A model generated the notes under the pieces. It had not been told where the DNA came from and ran no database searches. It worked only from the letters and a program-made list of their open reading frames with translations. The position numbers were made by a program, and so were the translations under genes. From assembly GCA_964234715.1 (NCBI GenBank), contig OZ174275.1: a DNA stretch of 64,000 nucleotides, one strand, 5' to 3'. Positions 14,140 through 27,334 of the stretch are shown here, piece after piece; within the stretch, counting starts at the first letter, position 1, and each line of letters starts with the position of its first letter. The DNA comes from Podarcis melisellensis (Eukaryota).

Positions 14140-14902
14140 CTACTGGGCAGTTATTTCTCCACAAGGGCTGACACTGATGCCGAAACCCAGCATTGCCTGA
14201 GCTCTGTGAGTGCAGCTTTCTCCCAATTGAAGTGTTTGAGGACCAGGACATTCTCAGGGAAACTGAAAGGCTTGTTTATAAATCTACTGTACTACCAACC
14301 TTACTGTATGCTTGTGAAACATGGACCACTTATAAATGCCATCTCCAACTCCTCAAAAGATTCCATCAACTGTGTCTCCAAAAAATTTTCCATATCACTT
14401 GGGAAGACAGGCAAACTAATGCCAGTGTACTGGAAGAAGCAAAGATCACCAGTGTCGAAGCAATGATTCTTCAACATCAACTTGTTGGACTGGTCATGTT
14501 GTTTAGATGCCTGATTATTGTCTTCCAAAGCAACTACTATATTCCAAACTTAAAATTGGAAAGCGTAATGCTGGTGGTCTCTCAAGGCAAATCTAAAATA
14601 ATGTAGTATAAATGATGACAATTGGGAACACTGGCTTGCGAGCGCTCCAATTGGAGAACAGCCTTTGTCATGAACTTTGAAGGCGCTTGAACTTGGGACG
14701 AAAAGGAAAAACATGCTAAGAGGAAGGCACACTTGGCAAACCCTCACCATGCCATCAACTCCCATCCGGAAACCTATGTCCCCACTGTGGAAGGACATGT
14801 GCATCCAGAATTGGCCTCCACAGTCACTTACGGACTCACTGTTGCGACCATGTTCATGGAAGACAATCTTACTCAGCTACGAGTGATCGCCAAAGAAGAA
14901 GA
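14140..14902 (+). mobile_element. 5'-truncated RTE-clade LINE (ORF2 C-terminus and 3' end), decayed
   Basis: Translation LVYKSTVLPTLLYACETW...RFHQLCLQKIFHITWEDRQTNASVL is typical of the RTE post-RT region. A C-terminal C2H2 finger CPHCGRTCASRIGLHSHLRTH lies at about 14777-14839, followed by a short (GAA)n tail. Frameshifted. Confidence 0.9.
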
Positions 14903-15551
14903 GCTAGAGTGAAGAATCTTTTCCATTACAGCTACTACAGCAGCAGCAGCAAGGTAAACAAGGGAGCTGAAGCAGTACTAAGGGGCAACCAAAGAAGAAC
15001 CCATATCCTTACCAGACGGAAACACAAAATAATAATCATTCGCATCAGCATCTGCCACTCATCTGGCTGGGTTGCCCCAGCTACTCTGGGCGGCTTCCAG
15101 AGAACAAAGGCAAGGAACAGTCCCTAACTCAGCTGCTGCTTTGCATCTCCCTCTGGTAAGCATATATGGAATACCTTTGCAATCCATCACACCCACCACT
15201 CAGTGGTAACTGTAGAGTACCACCTCAGCCCCATGCAGTGCAGCTTTAAAGGAAGGAAAGCCTCTAGGGTTGCCAGATTGGGTACAGTGTGCAAAATGGC
15301 ATGAATTGAACATACTTTAAGAAAAAAGAAAATAATTTTTCAGCCCTTCAGCAATCCTTAATGAAAAAGAAAAAGGCCCTAATATTTATTAATCTGCCAC
15401 TTGGCTGAGAAGAAAAATCAAGAACTCTCAGTTTGTTGAGGTCTAATAATTTTAAAAGGAGACACGCAGTAACTGAATGGATCAGATCGCAACAGCCCCA
15501 GTGAAGTGGACTAGTCACCACAGTGGAAATAAGCCAAATAGATCAGCCAGC

Positions 15552-15554
<3 letters not shown>

Positions 15555-15588
<34 letters not shown>
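15555..15588. repeat. (AC)17 microsatellite
   Basis: Direct read. Confidence 0.95.
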
Positions 15589-15594
<6 letters not shown>

Positions 15595-16428
15595 AATTAT
15601 GTTAATTATGTTAACTAAAATATGCAAATTAGCTGTGGCCCTCTGCATTTTCCAAGGTGACCCTCCGTGCAGAATGCGCTGCATATCCAGTGTACTAAAA
15701 TATGCTGGTAGATGGGCAACTATCTTATCTGCTGAAATTGGTGAAATATTAAGAATAATGTATTCTTCCATACACAATCAATGAAATATTTTGAATAAAG
15801 CATCCAACAGAAACTTGTTCAAAAAGAAAAAAAACCTCCTACTAGTTAAATTGTATTTAAAGACTGAAATGTTTTCCAAGTGCAAGCATATATACACCAG
15901 AATTCTTTACCTTTACTGAACACCTAAACAGACATCTAAATATAAGACGGTGTACAAAATATATGTACTGAGAGGAGATTAATCTGTTTAAATCCCATTT
16001 TGATTCTGTTTTAAATACCTGAGCTGATATTTTCACATAATCTAAATTAAACCAAGGAAAGCAGGTATTAATATAAGAAATTGTCAATTATATTTATAGC
16101 CAGTGGAAACAGTAACCTGACAAACATGCTGCTGCTTAATTAAGATTTCAATCCTGTACAGAGGTAGAAGCAGAGACGCCTCGGTGATAGATATAAGGAA
16201 GAATGAATTTTATACAGGGTTAAGGCAAACATAAACAATATTCTCCTTTTCTTTTTAAAAACAGCTAAATAGCTGAATTGATAAGAAAGACAAATACAGA
16301 TTCTATGACTCTCTTTTCTAGCAACACATATTTCAGCAGTTAGATATACCAGCTAAATAGTGGGAAATCCTTCCTTGGTGTGCAAATTTGCTCTCTTTAA
16401 GACTTGATCATCCGTGAATGTATTAAAT

Positions 16429-16466
16429 ACACACACACACACACATGTGTGTGTGTGTGTGTGTGT
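16429..16466. repeat. Compound (AC)n(TG)n microsatellite forming a perfect 34-bp palindrome
   Basis: ACACACACACACACACA|TGTGTGTGTGTGTGTGT... Confidence 0.95.
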
Positions 16467-19400
16467 TCCGATACTGCAGCAAAAAAAAAATTAATTACAC
16501 ACAGGCTGACCCTTCCCCATGAATGTATGAGCAACAAGAGATACAGCAGTGGATTCACCAACAGGATAGACAATTCGTAAAATGTTTCTGCCACAACAAG
16601 GAGTGGAGGGGCAAGTTTTGAGTTCCTAAGAGATTAAGTCTGAGTACCCAATACCAAGTGCATAATATAATTCCCAGTGCTATAAAAATAATAAATTCCT
16701 CCATCCCTCCTAAGGTCTCAAGTTTCAATACTTCTACAAAATGAAGATCTAAAGCATATGTAGCTTATTCCATAATTCAACATGGTAATAGATGCTGCAC
16801 CTGCCCAAATTCTTCCTCTGCACAACTAGTAAAGGTACAGGAACTCTGATATATTTCTCACCATACATAGTCATAAATGCCCTACTCTCAGTGAATAATC
16901 TTGTGTAGCTTATTGGCCTCACGTACCAATATGCCAATTCATAATGCTGAGAGCAAAACCAACTCATTTGTGGATAACTTTAATTGTGCAAACACGCACA
17001 CAGATGACTAAATCTCAGAAGCAATGCTAGTGCAAAAACTGGAATGCTAACACAATATGCAAGAAATCTTTTTCCTGTTCCTCTTATGGCAAAAAAATAA
17101 GGAAACAAAACTGGATTACATAATGGAAACAATTCAGAATAAAAACCAAAAGGCATGGAAAAAAAGGTATAGCTCAGAAGTAGTACGTTGGAGCTGAATC
17201 ACAGATCTTATGCTACTATGTTTGATGGCAGGACAATATTCATGTGGTCAACCCTTGTCCCTCTGATCAAATCTGAAAGCTTAAGACAAGGCATGAGTGA
17301 GATGGTTCCCATATGTTTTTTAACAGGCTGATGTCAAGGTTGATGTGCAATGTCAATTTTATTTTTCTCAGATGAAATGTTGTACTTGACAATACTGGCT
17401 GCACAAAAGCCACATCTACAGCAGTATGGCGAATAAGCATAGTGACATCTTATGACTCTGAATGGCCCATTAGTAAGAGATTTAGCTGCCATGGGCCTGG
17501 TTGTCCACTATGAAAATATGATGTGCCCATACATATGTAATGCATTATTTTTAAAAGAAGACGTTCAAAGTGTCTCCACTTGTTAATAAAATTAACTTCA
17601 TAAATGGATCATTTTTGTCCTGGGAGTTTTAAGAGAGTTAGTTCTTTTTTTCAGTTGTGGCAGGGGCTTCTTGTATCTTTGACTGAGGGGGTGGGATTCC
17701 GTTACCATAACTAATGTACATTACCAGTTTCAGAATTCTAATTGAGTTTAATACTGTTTCATGTTGCATTGAAGTACAAAATCAATACCATTTGTCCAGC
17801 ATAGAGGAAAAATGGAATCTATAAACTGCTCTTATTGAGTAATTAAACACCTATTATTGTCATGAGTAGTGGAAAAAAATGAATTTGGTAAGATAAATTT
17901 TCACAAGAAAACACTGCAGTGATTAATACCTCCCCACGTATTAAATAAAAATGACTGCCTTTTGTACAGGACTGCTGGCAGAAGAACAGGAATGAGAGAA
18001 GTAGTTGCCAGTACCACAATAACAGGCTAACCTTGAACTGAACTCCTTTCCTCAAGAAATTAAATGCTATAGCAGGACGTTAAATCCCTCCACTTAGAGC
18101 TCATTTGTGTTCTGTGTAACCTGCAGTTCCTGAAGAAAAAACTCATTATCTTCAAAAGGAGAATCCTTTTATAATTTCTTTACAAATGTGCATATTGTTT
18201 CTCCAAAAAAGTATTTCACATTAGAAGGATAAGGGTATTAACAGCATAAGCAAGCAGAGGGAATAAAAGAGAGAGAGAGACTTGCATCATTAAGATACCT
18301 TTTCTGTTTCCTGGACATTCTAACACAGACTACGTAGTGTTACTGGGGGAAATGGGATGTGAATGGGGGTTAATAAAAGTGTACCTTCACAGCAAATTTT
18401 TAATCTGTCAGATTGATCTTAAAATACCTCAATCTCTTTGTTGCTCCATGCCTGTTTTCTGCACGCACAAACACACACACACAGCCCCTCCCCCAACATT
18501 TATCCTGATGGCTGCCTTTACATCCCTATTTTTCTTTTCACTTTCTACGATGCACTAGGAACAACTATCAAGTACAAAAGATGAATCTAGGGATGCGACA
18601 CTTGTAAAGGGTAACCCTATTTCACAAGTGTGATGGGACAAAAAAAAAGGAAGGGGGGAAAAAGGCCACTGAAGCAATAACTGCTCACTGAATTACCATT
18701 AAATGGTAAGATTTATAATCCAATGTACAGTAAGTGCATATCTAATGGAGTTTGTCCTTTGAAAGAATATAAAGTAGATCTGCAAGCATACGGATGTATA
18801 CAGGCTAGCAGTCATTCCTTGCTCATTTTGTTCTTAAAATTTAGAAACTAAGAATCTGGCCATATTGTATATATGTAAACAACCCAAAGTTTATAACCCA
18901 GAGTATGGTTAATTGTGGTTATGTCCCACTGAAACACAGGGAAATGTGCCCAGTGCTGCAAGTGTAAATTAAGGGAATTAGGCATTTGTGCTGTACACTA
19001 TGGCTTGCATTTTCCCATTTCACAATCCAAACAGATTCATTCTTCATAATGGGTAAAAAGGCAGCTTCATCATGACAAGTTAAAATTTCTCTCCACAGAA
19101 ATCATTAATAAAATGAGAAGCAATAAATTCAGTATCTCACGTATTGTAAGCCAGAGTGAAGATTGATTCTTCTACCATACCCAAACCACCACACCCCATA
19201 GTAAAAATAATAACAAAAACTCTTCTGTTCTAGCAGAATATCACTTGTAACATGAACTTTGTTGAGATCTATGTTGAAGAAAGAATAGCAATGTGCATTC
19301 GCACTGAGTCATCAGGTCTGCTGGTTAACAGCACTGTAACACCAATATACTTTGCTCTCGTTCGTATCAGGAAGAAAGCAATAAAATGTCTTCACCTTGG

Positions 19401-20782
19401 ACACAACTGACTAGGCACTACAGCAATTGCTAATCATTTTGAATTTGTGAGAGGTTTCTGCACAAACCGCATTGAAATTAGCTGAAGTTGCATGGCAGTG
19501 TGTGTCTGCTGGACTCCCTTCCTTGGAAAACAACATGGCAGTTTGAGCATTTCCTTCTTCAGTCTTTCAGGCACTTGGAGGTTACAGAAGGATAAAAGAT
19601 CAAACAAGCCCAGATATAAACATGCTCTTAATATTGGATTTTTTTCTTAAGGGACATTGCAAGACAATCTAAACGAAAAAACAAAGCTAGTCTTACTCTG
19701 TTTCCTTCTGGGTTCAAAGGTGGATGGGTTTGTTTGTTGTTTAAACTCCAGCTTCTTTCAAATAGCAAAACTTGAAAATATTATCCTCAGAAAAGGAAAG
19801 GAAAAAATTGCAGCAAGCAACTTGGCTAATTTGCCTAAAATCAGAATTACATTTAGAAGAATAACAAACAGCGCCTGCCTTGTACTTTAAAATCTTGCAG
19901 AATGAAGTTCAGCAAAAGGTGAAGTAGTGGAATTAGAAAGATAAGTGGCTGTGTTATTGGAGACTTCTGCATTGGCAGCATCCAAAAACATACCTAAACA
20001 AACAGGAGCACTTTTTCCTTCCATACGTTAGGTCTTTCTCTCACCATCCACAGTATAATTTTTAATTATTTGTTTTGTTGTTGCAAGTGTATTCTTAGGC
20101 TATGTACAAGCAGACAAAAAACTGGCATTATCTGAAATAGTTAAAAAGACCTTTCCTACGGTACAGCGAACCACAGAATTTCCAGCCGCTGAGGGAGGCC
20201 AGTTGACCACTTACATTCCCCCCCCCCCCAGCCCGGTGATAAAATTAATGGATTGTTTTGATTCATACAATACTTTTCATGCCTAACTGGGGGAAGCACA
20301 CAGCTAGAATAAAGGAGGAGGAAGAACAATCATCCCGAAGAAAGCAGGTTCAATGTAAAGGGAGCTAATTGCAAGATGATTGCATTCTGCAAAACAAGAG
20401 GTGCTTGTGGCATTACATACCATCACAAGGGCTAGGCTTTTCCACCCTGCTGCTGCCTCTAAACAAGCTGATTTGCTAACAAAGTGGTCAGCACTCGCTC
20501 AGCATCTCAGTAGGTCCACTGCCGGCTGCTTTCCCAAGCAGAGAATCTCAAGCACCGTTTTCCAATCTGATTACACGGCTCCTTATTCCGGCAGCCTTAA
20601 ACCTTCATGGCAGTTTACCAACATTTTCATCACTTTTTCTTTTTCTTTTTTACAAAGCAAAGGAACTGATAAGCTCTCAGGTACCCAGGATTTCATAGTC
20701 GATGGCTGGCAGTCAGCCAGCCAGCTTCATTCACCACACAAAACTCCATCAACATCACATTACGGTTGGAAAAAGAAAGGTG

Positions 20783-20783
20783 G

Positions 20784-20809
<26 letters not shown>
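20783..20809. repeat. (GT)n microsatellite
   Basis: Direct read. Confidence 0.95.
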
Positions 20810-20814
<5 letters not shown>

Positions 20815-21491
20815 CCTTGTAGTCCCAATCCCTGGCATGCTTACTTTGAAGTAAATTTCACTAAAATGCTTAAACTCAAAGCTTCAAATTTGCTAGAGCT
20901 AGAAGGGATGGAGATGGATGGAAGGAAGAAGAAGGGATGATGACACCACATTAGAATTATGCAATATATAGAAAGCATCTACAAGCTTTGACTATGTGTA
21001 AACTGTTCCTTTTCATTTGTCACATCTATGCTATAACAAGCGCTTGTGAGAACACTGCAGCCTGAAAGTATTTATTTGAAAAACAAAACAGAGTACATCT
21101 TTTTTTATATATTAAAAAACCCTTTTAAAAAGCCACAAGGCCTCAAGAGGTTGGTTGGTCCTTGTTGCACTGCAATAAAATTAAAATAGTTCACAACTTT
21201 CTCTAATGAATTTAAATATTACACTATTTAGATGAATAATGAACTTCGAATGTGTGAGCTATTAAAAAGCCATTCAAAACAACCACAAAATGCATTAGTA
21301 CATTTAAACCGCATATTGTGTAAGGAAAAGAAAAACAAGTCTATACTGAAATTATCTGCATGTTTACTCAAAAGTAAGCTCCACAGATCTCCATGGAGCT
21401 CGCTTCCATTTGAGTGTTTATATATAGAATGGCAACCATACTCAAGCGGGAGTCAAGTATCTATCTGATGCAGGCAATTTTAGTTGTATTC

Positions 21492-21541
<50 letters not shown>

Positions 21542-21552
21542 GATAGATAGAT
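21492..21552. repeat. (ATAG)n / GATA tetranucleotide microsatellite
   Basis: About 15 units with one interruption. Confidence 0.95.
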
Positions 21553-22022
21553 CAGAGGGAAGACAATGTTTACGAGAGATTTTGTTTTTACAGAATAGAA
21601 TTATGTAAATGCAATTAAAATTAAATAAACCACAAGCTGCCAGACTAGTAATAGCAACTCTCCTGCCATAGGTCTTCTATCCTTACATGAAGAAGCAACC
21701 AACAAAAACAAGGGCAGTGTGAAAGCAGAGCTCTTTTTTAAGCAAAATGTCCAATATCTTCTACATTTCCTGCCAGAAATCAGTTATCAGCCCAAGTGAA
21801 AATTGGGGGTGGGGTGCTTCTATTTAACTTCCCATAAAACACAATTTATTATAAAGGGGGAGAAACAGAGAGTTGGTATGGCCAGAGAGAAAATAAGGAA
21901 ATGTACAACTAAGCTGGTGCGATGGCTCAGTACTCCAGATCAGCAGTGCATTGACCCTCTGTATCTCTGAGTCATTAGCTAGAATCCCAGCTCTGCCTTC
22001 AAGAGTAGGGAATTGAACTCAC

Positions 22023-22103
22023 ACACTGATGTGGGGAGATTCAGGATCTTGAGCATGCCAGACAGAAGGGTCATTCTCCGTGATGAGGAGGACGGTTGCC
22101 CCC
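22023..22103 (-). other. Candidate 81-nt exon (or the 3' part of an alternative first exon)
   Basis: Minus strand: cactcatccagttttttacctcccCAG|GGGGGCAACC...CATCAGTGT|GTGAGT. Locally GC-richer, non-repetitive sequence about 650 bp from an N-masked block. Confidence 0.35.
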
Positions 22104-22479
22104 CTGGGGAGGTAAAAAACTGGATGAGTGATTGTCGCACGATTCAAGCAATGGACATGCTGCTGACTCAGGGATGGACACTGACAGGCACCAATGCGTC
22201 AGGCCAGCTTGCTCCTAGTGGGAGTTGTTTTAGGGCACTAGTGCTGACAGGTACATGCAAAAGTCAAGGGGAAATAATATACATATACATGGTGTGTGTT
22301 TTACATCTCTATTTATACACCAACAGCAAGGACACACATACAATCAAGTCTATGTGAATGAGAGTAGAAGTGGAGCACTGGCTTCTTCTGTTTAGCACAT
22401 ACAAAGCTCATGTTAAGCATTCATCTGTAGTGTGTGCTTGTGTTTTTCCCCGCATTAGACATTTAAGTCTGACACCCTG

Positions 22480-23060
22480 GTATGCGTGCATATATTATGC
22501 ACACGTGTAATTTGCATATGTGTAGTATCATGCATAAATGACAGCCAATTTAAAATGCCATTCTCTAATTTATATGCAAATTCTACCTCTGATAAAATAA
22601 AAAAACATATTTTAAAAGCAGCTTATAATGCTAACACATTATTCCCATGAATGATTCTCAGTAAACTACATATGCTGACTGCAGGGCTCTTTTTTATTAT
22701 TAAATGATTTATTGGATAGAGAACGAACCCACTTAAACTACAGTGGTTCGCATGANNNNNNNNNNNNNNNNNNNNNNNNNNNNNNNNNNNNNNNNNNNNN
22801 NNNNNNNNNNNNNNNNNNNNNNNNNNNNNNNNNNNNNNNNNNNNNNNNNNNNNNNNNNNNNNNNNNNNNNNNNNNNNNNNNNNNNNNNNNNNNNNNNNNN
22901 NNNNNNNNNNNNNNNNNNNNNNNNNNNNNNNNNNNCACCAGGGAATTGTGTACTCCAACCTATTCCCAGTTTGCTTACAGATGCAAATATGCACTCCTCT
23001 CTTTTAACTACTAGAGTGTGGAGATGGAAGTTTACACAAACGACATCAGTTGTGTAAAAA
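22480..23060. promoter_or_regulatory. Candidate enhancer around a masked block (octamer/E-box/PBX-HOX/MEIS cluster)
   Basis: CACGTG 22502, ATTTGCAT 22510, TGACAG 22539, ATGCAAAT 22574, TGATTTAT 22705 and ATGCAAAT 22981 flank the N-run 22756-22935. Confidence 0.5.
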
Positions 23061-24455
23061 CAATGACGGGATTTTCAAAAGTTTTAAAGTGAAAGCTGAT
23101 TTATACATTTGAATTTATGTGAATATAAAAGATAGAACACTTTCAGAAACGCTGAAAAACCAAATCAATAGAATTACTATATCCGAAACAGATCAATGAA
23201 GGGAAAATAATAGAAAATATTTCAAGCTAAAAGCCAAATATTTTTCAGAGGACTATCCTCACAGCCCTACAGATATAAATGTTTAGACTGTGATCCTCTG
23301 CCCAGCTACACACAAACAGCCGCCTTCCTATGGAAATGTTTTAAAATACATTTCCAAAAAGATCCATTTCTAAAAGGCTAAACGTGAACTATAGGGGCAC
23401 AACTAAAACATAAACCCTATTTGGGATGCAACTATTATTGTCTTTTATCATTTCTTTATTTCAGCCTGGATATCTGCATCTGAAATTTGTCAGAATTTAT
23501 CCTAAAGCAAGTGCCCTCTCCTGTGTCTATCCAAGGAATACAAGTCTTGTCTCCTCACAATTAACAGACCTTGTCTGCTGCTGTATCTCACTCCCCACCC
23601 CCACCCCCTGAATGAGCATAGGCTTAAAAAAAGAAAACCCCAACATATACTGTATTTGCTGCTAGGCACTTAAATAGTTGTCTCGTCCATTTTAGTAGAA
23701 CACTGTACTATCCATGAAGCAACGCTTTCTCACTCTCCATCACTGTATTACACAGAGTTAAATGCTGCAAGCCAGAATAAGGATCATCAAATGGTCTAAA
23801 AATGTATGCTACACAAAGGCCTTAAAACACACACACAGTTCAGATCCAGACTGGTATAGTCAATGTCCATGATATTATTACATAAAGGCTAAATAATGCT
23901 AAACTGCATTGTGGAGATAAGTGTACGTAACAAACGTGGGGGTAGGGAGGGGCGTATTCCACAGCGTATTTGCCTTGTTAAAAGCAACATATACAAGCAA
24001 CATATACTAACAAGTGTATATTTAATGTCAGAATCATCTAAATTTTATGTTTCACTAAAGCACAAACTGTTTAGTTCTTAAAATTATGAACAACAAATTA
24101 TTTTTCTACTACTAGTAGATCCAGTTAGACAAACAGCATCCTGAAGGACAATTCATTTCATAGAAAATATGCTGAGTGCTCAAACAAATCATTTTTATTT
24201 ACCCTCACTGCTAAAAATAAAATTTCAACATCCCTGCCATTTTAATCAACTGTGTATCTAAGACAATCCTACACTTTCCATCCCTGTCCGAGGCCCACAT
24301 TAATCAGGTGTTAATTTTTTTAAAAATATATGCTCTAGCTGTTTGGAGTTCATTCAAGGTATTTCATTAGGAGCTTATTCGTTTAAAATAAACGTTCCAG
24401 CCATATCAAGTTTAACCCTTAGTGAAATGTGAATGAATGCTTTAAATGAGAAGAT

Positions 24456-25229
24456 NNNNNNNNNNNNNNNNNNNNNNNNNNNNNNNNNNNNNNNNNNNNN
24501 NNNNNNNNNNNNNNNNNNNNNNNNNNNNNNNNNNNNNNNNNNNNNNNNNNNNNNNNNNNNNNNNNNNNNNNNNNNNNNNNNNNNNNNNNNNNNNNNNNNN
24601 NNNNNNNNNNNGGGAGGGGGAANNNNNNNNNNNNNNNNNNNNNNNNNNNNNNNNNNNNNNNNNNNNNNNNNNNNNNNNNNNNNNNNNNNNNNNNNNNNNN
24701 NNNNNNNNNNNNNNNNNNNNNNNNNNNNNNNNNNNNNNNNNNNNNNNNNNNNNNNNNNNNNNNNNNNNNNNNNNNNNNNNNNNNNNNNNNNNNNNNNNNN
24801 NNGGGAAAACAGCACAGCTCAGAAGAAATGGGATTTGTTCCATTTGCATGATGCTGGCTCCCTTGGGCCCCTTTCTTTCAAATCCACAGCACAAAAGACA
24901 ACACTTAACATATTTGCTTAAAGATGACAACCTCATGTTGATTTCATTTGGATGTAACAGTGTCAGGATTACAGATATGAGAATATATTATATCCGTAAC
25001 AGAGACTGACAAATGTATCCATCAGTAGAACTGTCTGATTCATCTGCTTATACAGCCATTTTGCCATCCCAAGGGTTCCATCTAAGTAGNNNNNNNNNNN
25101 NNNNNNNNNNNNNNNNNNNNNNNNNNNNNNNNNNNNNNNNNNNNNNNNNNNNNNNNNNNNNNNNNNNNNNNNNNNNNNNNNNNNNNNNNNNNNNNNNNNN
25201 NNNNNNNNNNNNNNNNNNNNNNNNNNNNN
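24456..25229. other. Cluster of three N-masked blocks (24456-24611, 24623-24802, 25090-25229)
   Basis: N-runs of 156, 180 and 140 nt. The first two are separated by only 11 real bases. Confidence 0.95.
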
Positions 25230-27334
25230 TAGATCCCCCTGGACTCAATATATTGCTGGTTTTAAGCAACTTTCATTCTATACCATCAAAACTAAGATCA
25301 AAATAAACCAACAGCATATTTTTTTAAAAAAAACAAAAACAAATGTAGATTTTTTTAAAGTACCCATTTTAAAAAGTGTGCTTTAATCCAATTAAAAAAA
25401 ATGTCACTCAATAAGTACATTAAGCTTACTTGGCCACTTAAAGGAATGTGTAGCACAATATCCCGGAATTCACACACCAGCACGTAAATATTTTGATAGT
25501 AGTAGTAACACATTATTGCATTGTACTCCCTTATATTTGGACTTCCAAAAGTGGTTTGTCTTTTTATTTTAAGGAATTCCTCGATGTATATATATTTATA
25601 TCTAAAAACAGACCAGCAACTAGTCTTTAAAGATGCACAATACTACAGAAATGTTGATGTCAACAGACACGCACATGTCTCTGCGGCTCCCTTCTGCGTA
25701 TGATTTTATAGATCAACCCCACCCCTTTCTGATCAAATTAAGCAGTTAGGTAATGGTTTCACTCCATTTCAAAATGCATTACTTTGAATTGTGTATAGGG
25801 GCTTGTTCGTTCTTTCGTTCATTCTCTCTCTCTATCCCTCCCTCCCTCTCTTTCTTTCTCTCCCGCGCCACCCCCTCCCACTACACAAAGTGACTAGGCA
25901 TAATGAAATGCTGGCTGCATGTCTTTGTCCAGAGGAACTCTAAACTGCTTGTTGCTATTTGCTGGCACACAAGAACTGCACCATAATTCACTAGATTGGA
26001 GCTGTTTTGTAAAATGGAGTTAACTGCTGTACGTGGAATTTCAGCCCTGCAGATGGTTACGAATCATTATTTTCAATTTGTTTAGTTTCACATAAGGAAA
26101 GGAGTATGGGGAGGGGGTGCAAGATCAAAATATATGCCGAGGTTGCAGGGCGGGGGGTTAGTGTACTGGTTTGCAGTAACACAGCATTAAAATAATCTAG
26201 TACAAAGTACAAACCTCGTTTAAAAATGCTGAGTATATAACCCCACCTCCTCCTCTTCTTGCATTTTTAAGAAGTTGTTCATTGATCAGAATATTCAGTC
26301 CTAAAATCCAGACCACATACAATTTTTGTTTGTTTTGTTTTGGAAATGGGATTGTCAGGTCTCTAAAAGCAAAGTCATCCTCTGTCACATTTGCCATCAC
26401 TGAAGCCAAAATCATTCTATTCCATAAGTGGCTCAGTTGTCTGAGTGTAAATGGAACATAAAGCATTTATGGACAAGTGCATATGGACAGAAATTGAGCT
26501 GTAAATATATAGGCAGGGCAAATCTTGGAGCCTAGAAACATCTGGGGCTGAAACACAAGATGTGAGACTTATTCTGAAAGTGGCCACTTAATTGCACAGT
26601 TGATTTATACACTTGCTGTTTCGATTAAACAGAATATTAGAAATTTCCTGAAGAGAAATACAGAAAGTGAATGCTTTAGTAAGGATGATTATGTTTCGAT
26701 CTCATTGCAGAATAGGTGAAGGGGGGGGTGGGAAATGGCACTCTCTCTAACACTTCTTTAGAAAACAAATGAAGCATTTCTACTTCAAGGACAAACACTT
26801 AAAAGCTTTTCTAAATTCAAACCAAAAGCATTATTCTACAAAAGGTGCAGCCACCAAGCTTCGGTGTTTGAGAGTATCCTTAAAGCATACTTTGAGCAGT
26901 TAAATGATTAAATAGCTTCACTTTTTAAAAAATCTACATTTGATTATGTTGTTCAAAAGGCATCAACAGAATTAATGCACTTATCAGCATACTTATTAGT
27001 ATTTCATTCTGGAGAGTTGATTCATTTGATTCTGGTGCCACATTATCACAGCTGCCATCAGAGGCATTCAGACATGCCTTCTTCCTAAGCAGTATTAAGG
27101 GGGCCATGAAGACCCTCTTGGTTCGAAAAGCCTCTGCCCTTCTTCACGGCAAAAGAGCCTAAAAAGAAAAGCTGTAAAAGCCATCTATTCAATAGGGTAG
27201 CTTAGAAAGATTAAGGGTTTGGGCTTTTAGGCAAGGGTAGTATATACTGTCAATCATCCACTGGGTTGAAGCTTAATTTTCTCACTGGATTATATTTTCG
27301 GATTTAGCAATTAAAATATTGCCAAAGCAGTATA

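Noticed and set aside
14193-14606. 137-aa ORF as a host gene exon
   Set aside because: It is a frameshifted RTE LINE ORF2 remnant, not a cellular CDS.
20380-20940. 186-aa + strand ORF
   Set aside because: Non-ATG start, runs through a (GT)n microsatellite, lies antisense to the inferred gene and has no recognisable homology or splice context.
22623-25306. ORFs containing long X runs
   Set aside because: Artefacts of translating through N-masked blocks; the same applies at 46243-46849, 54434-54655 and 57625-57870.
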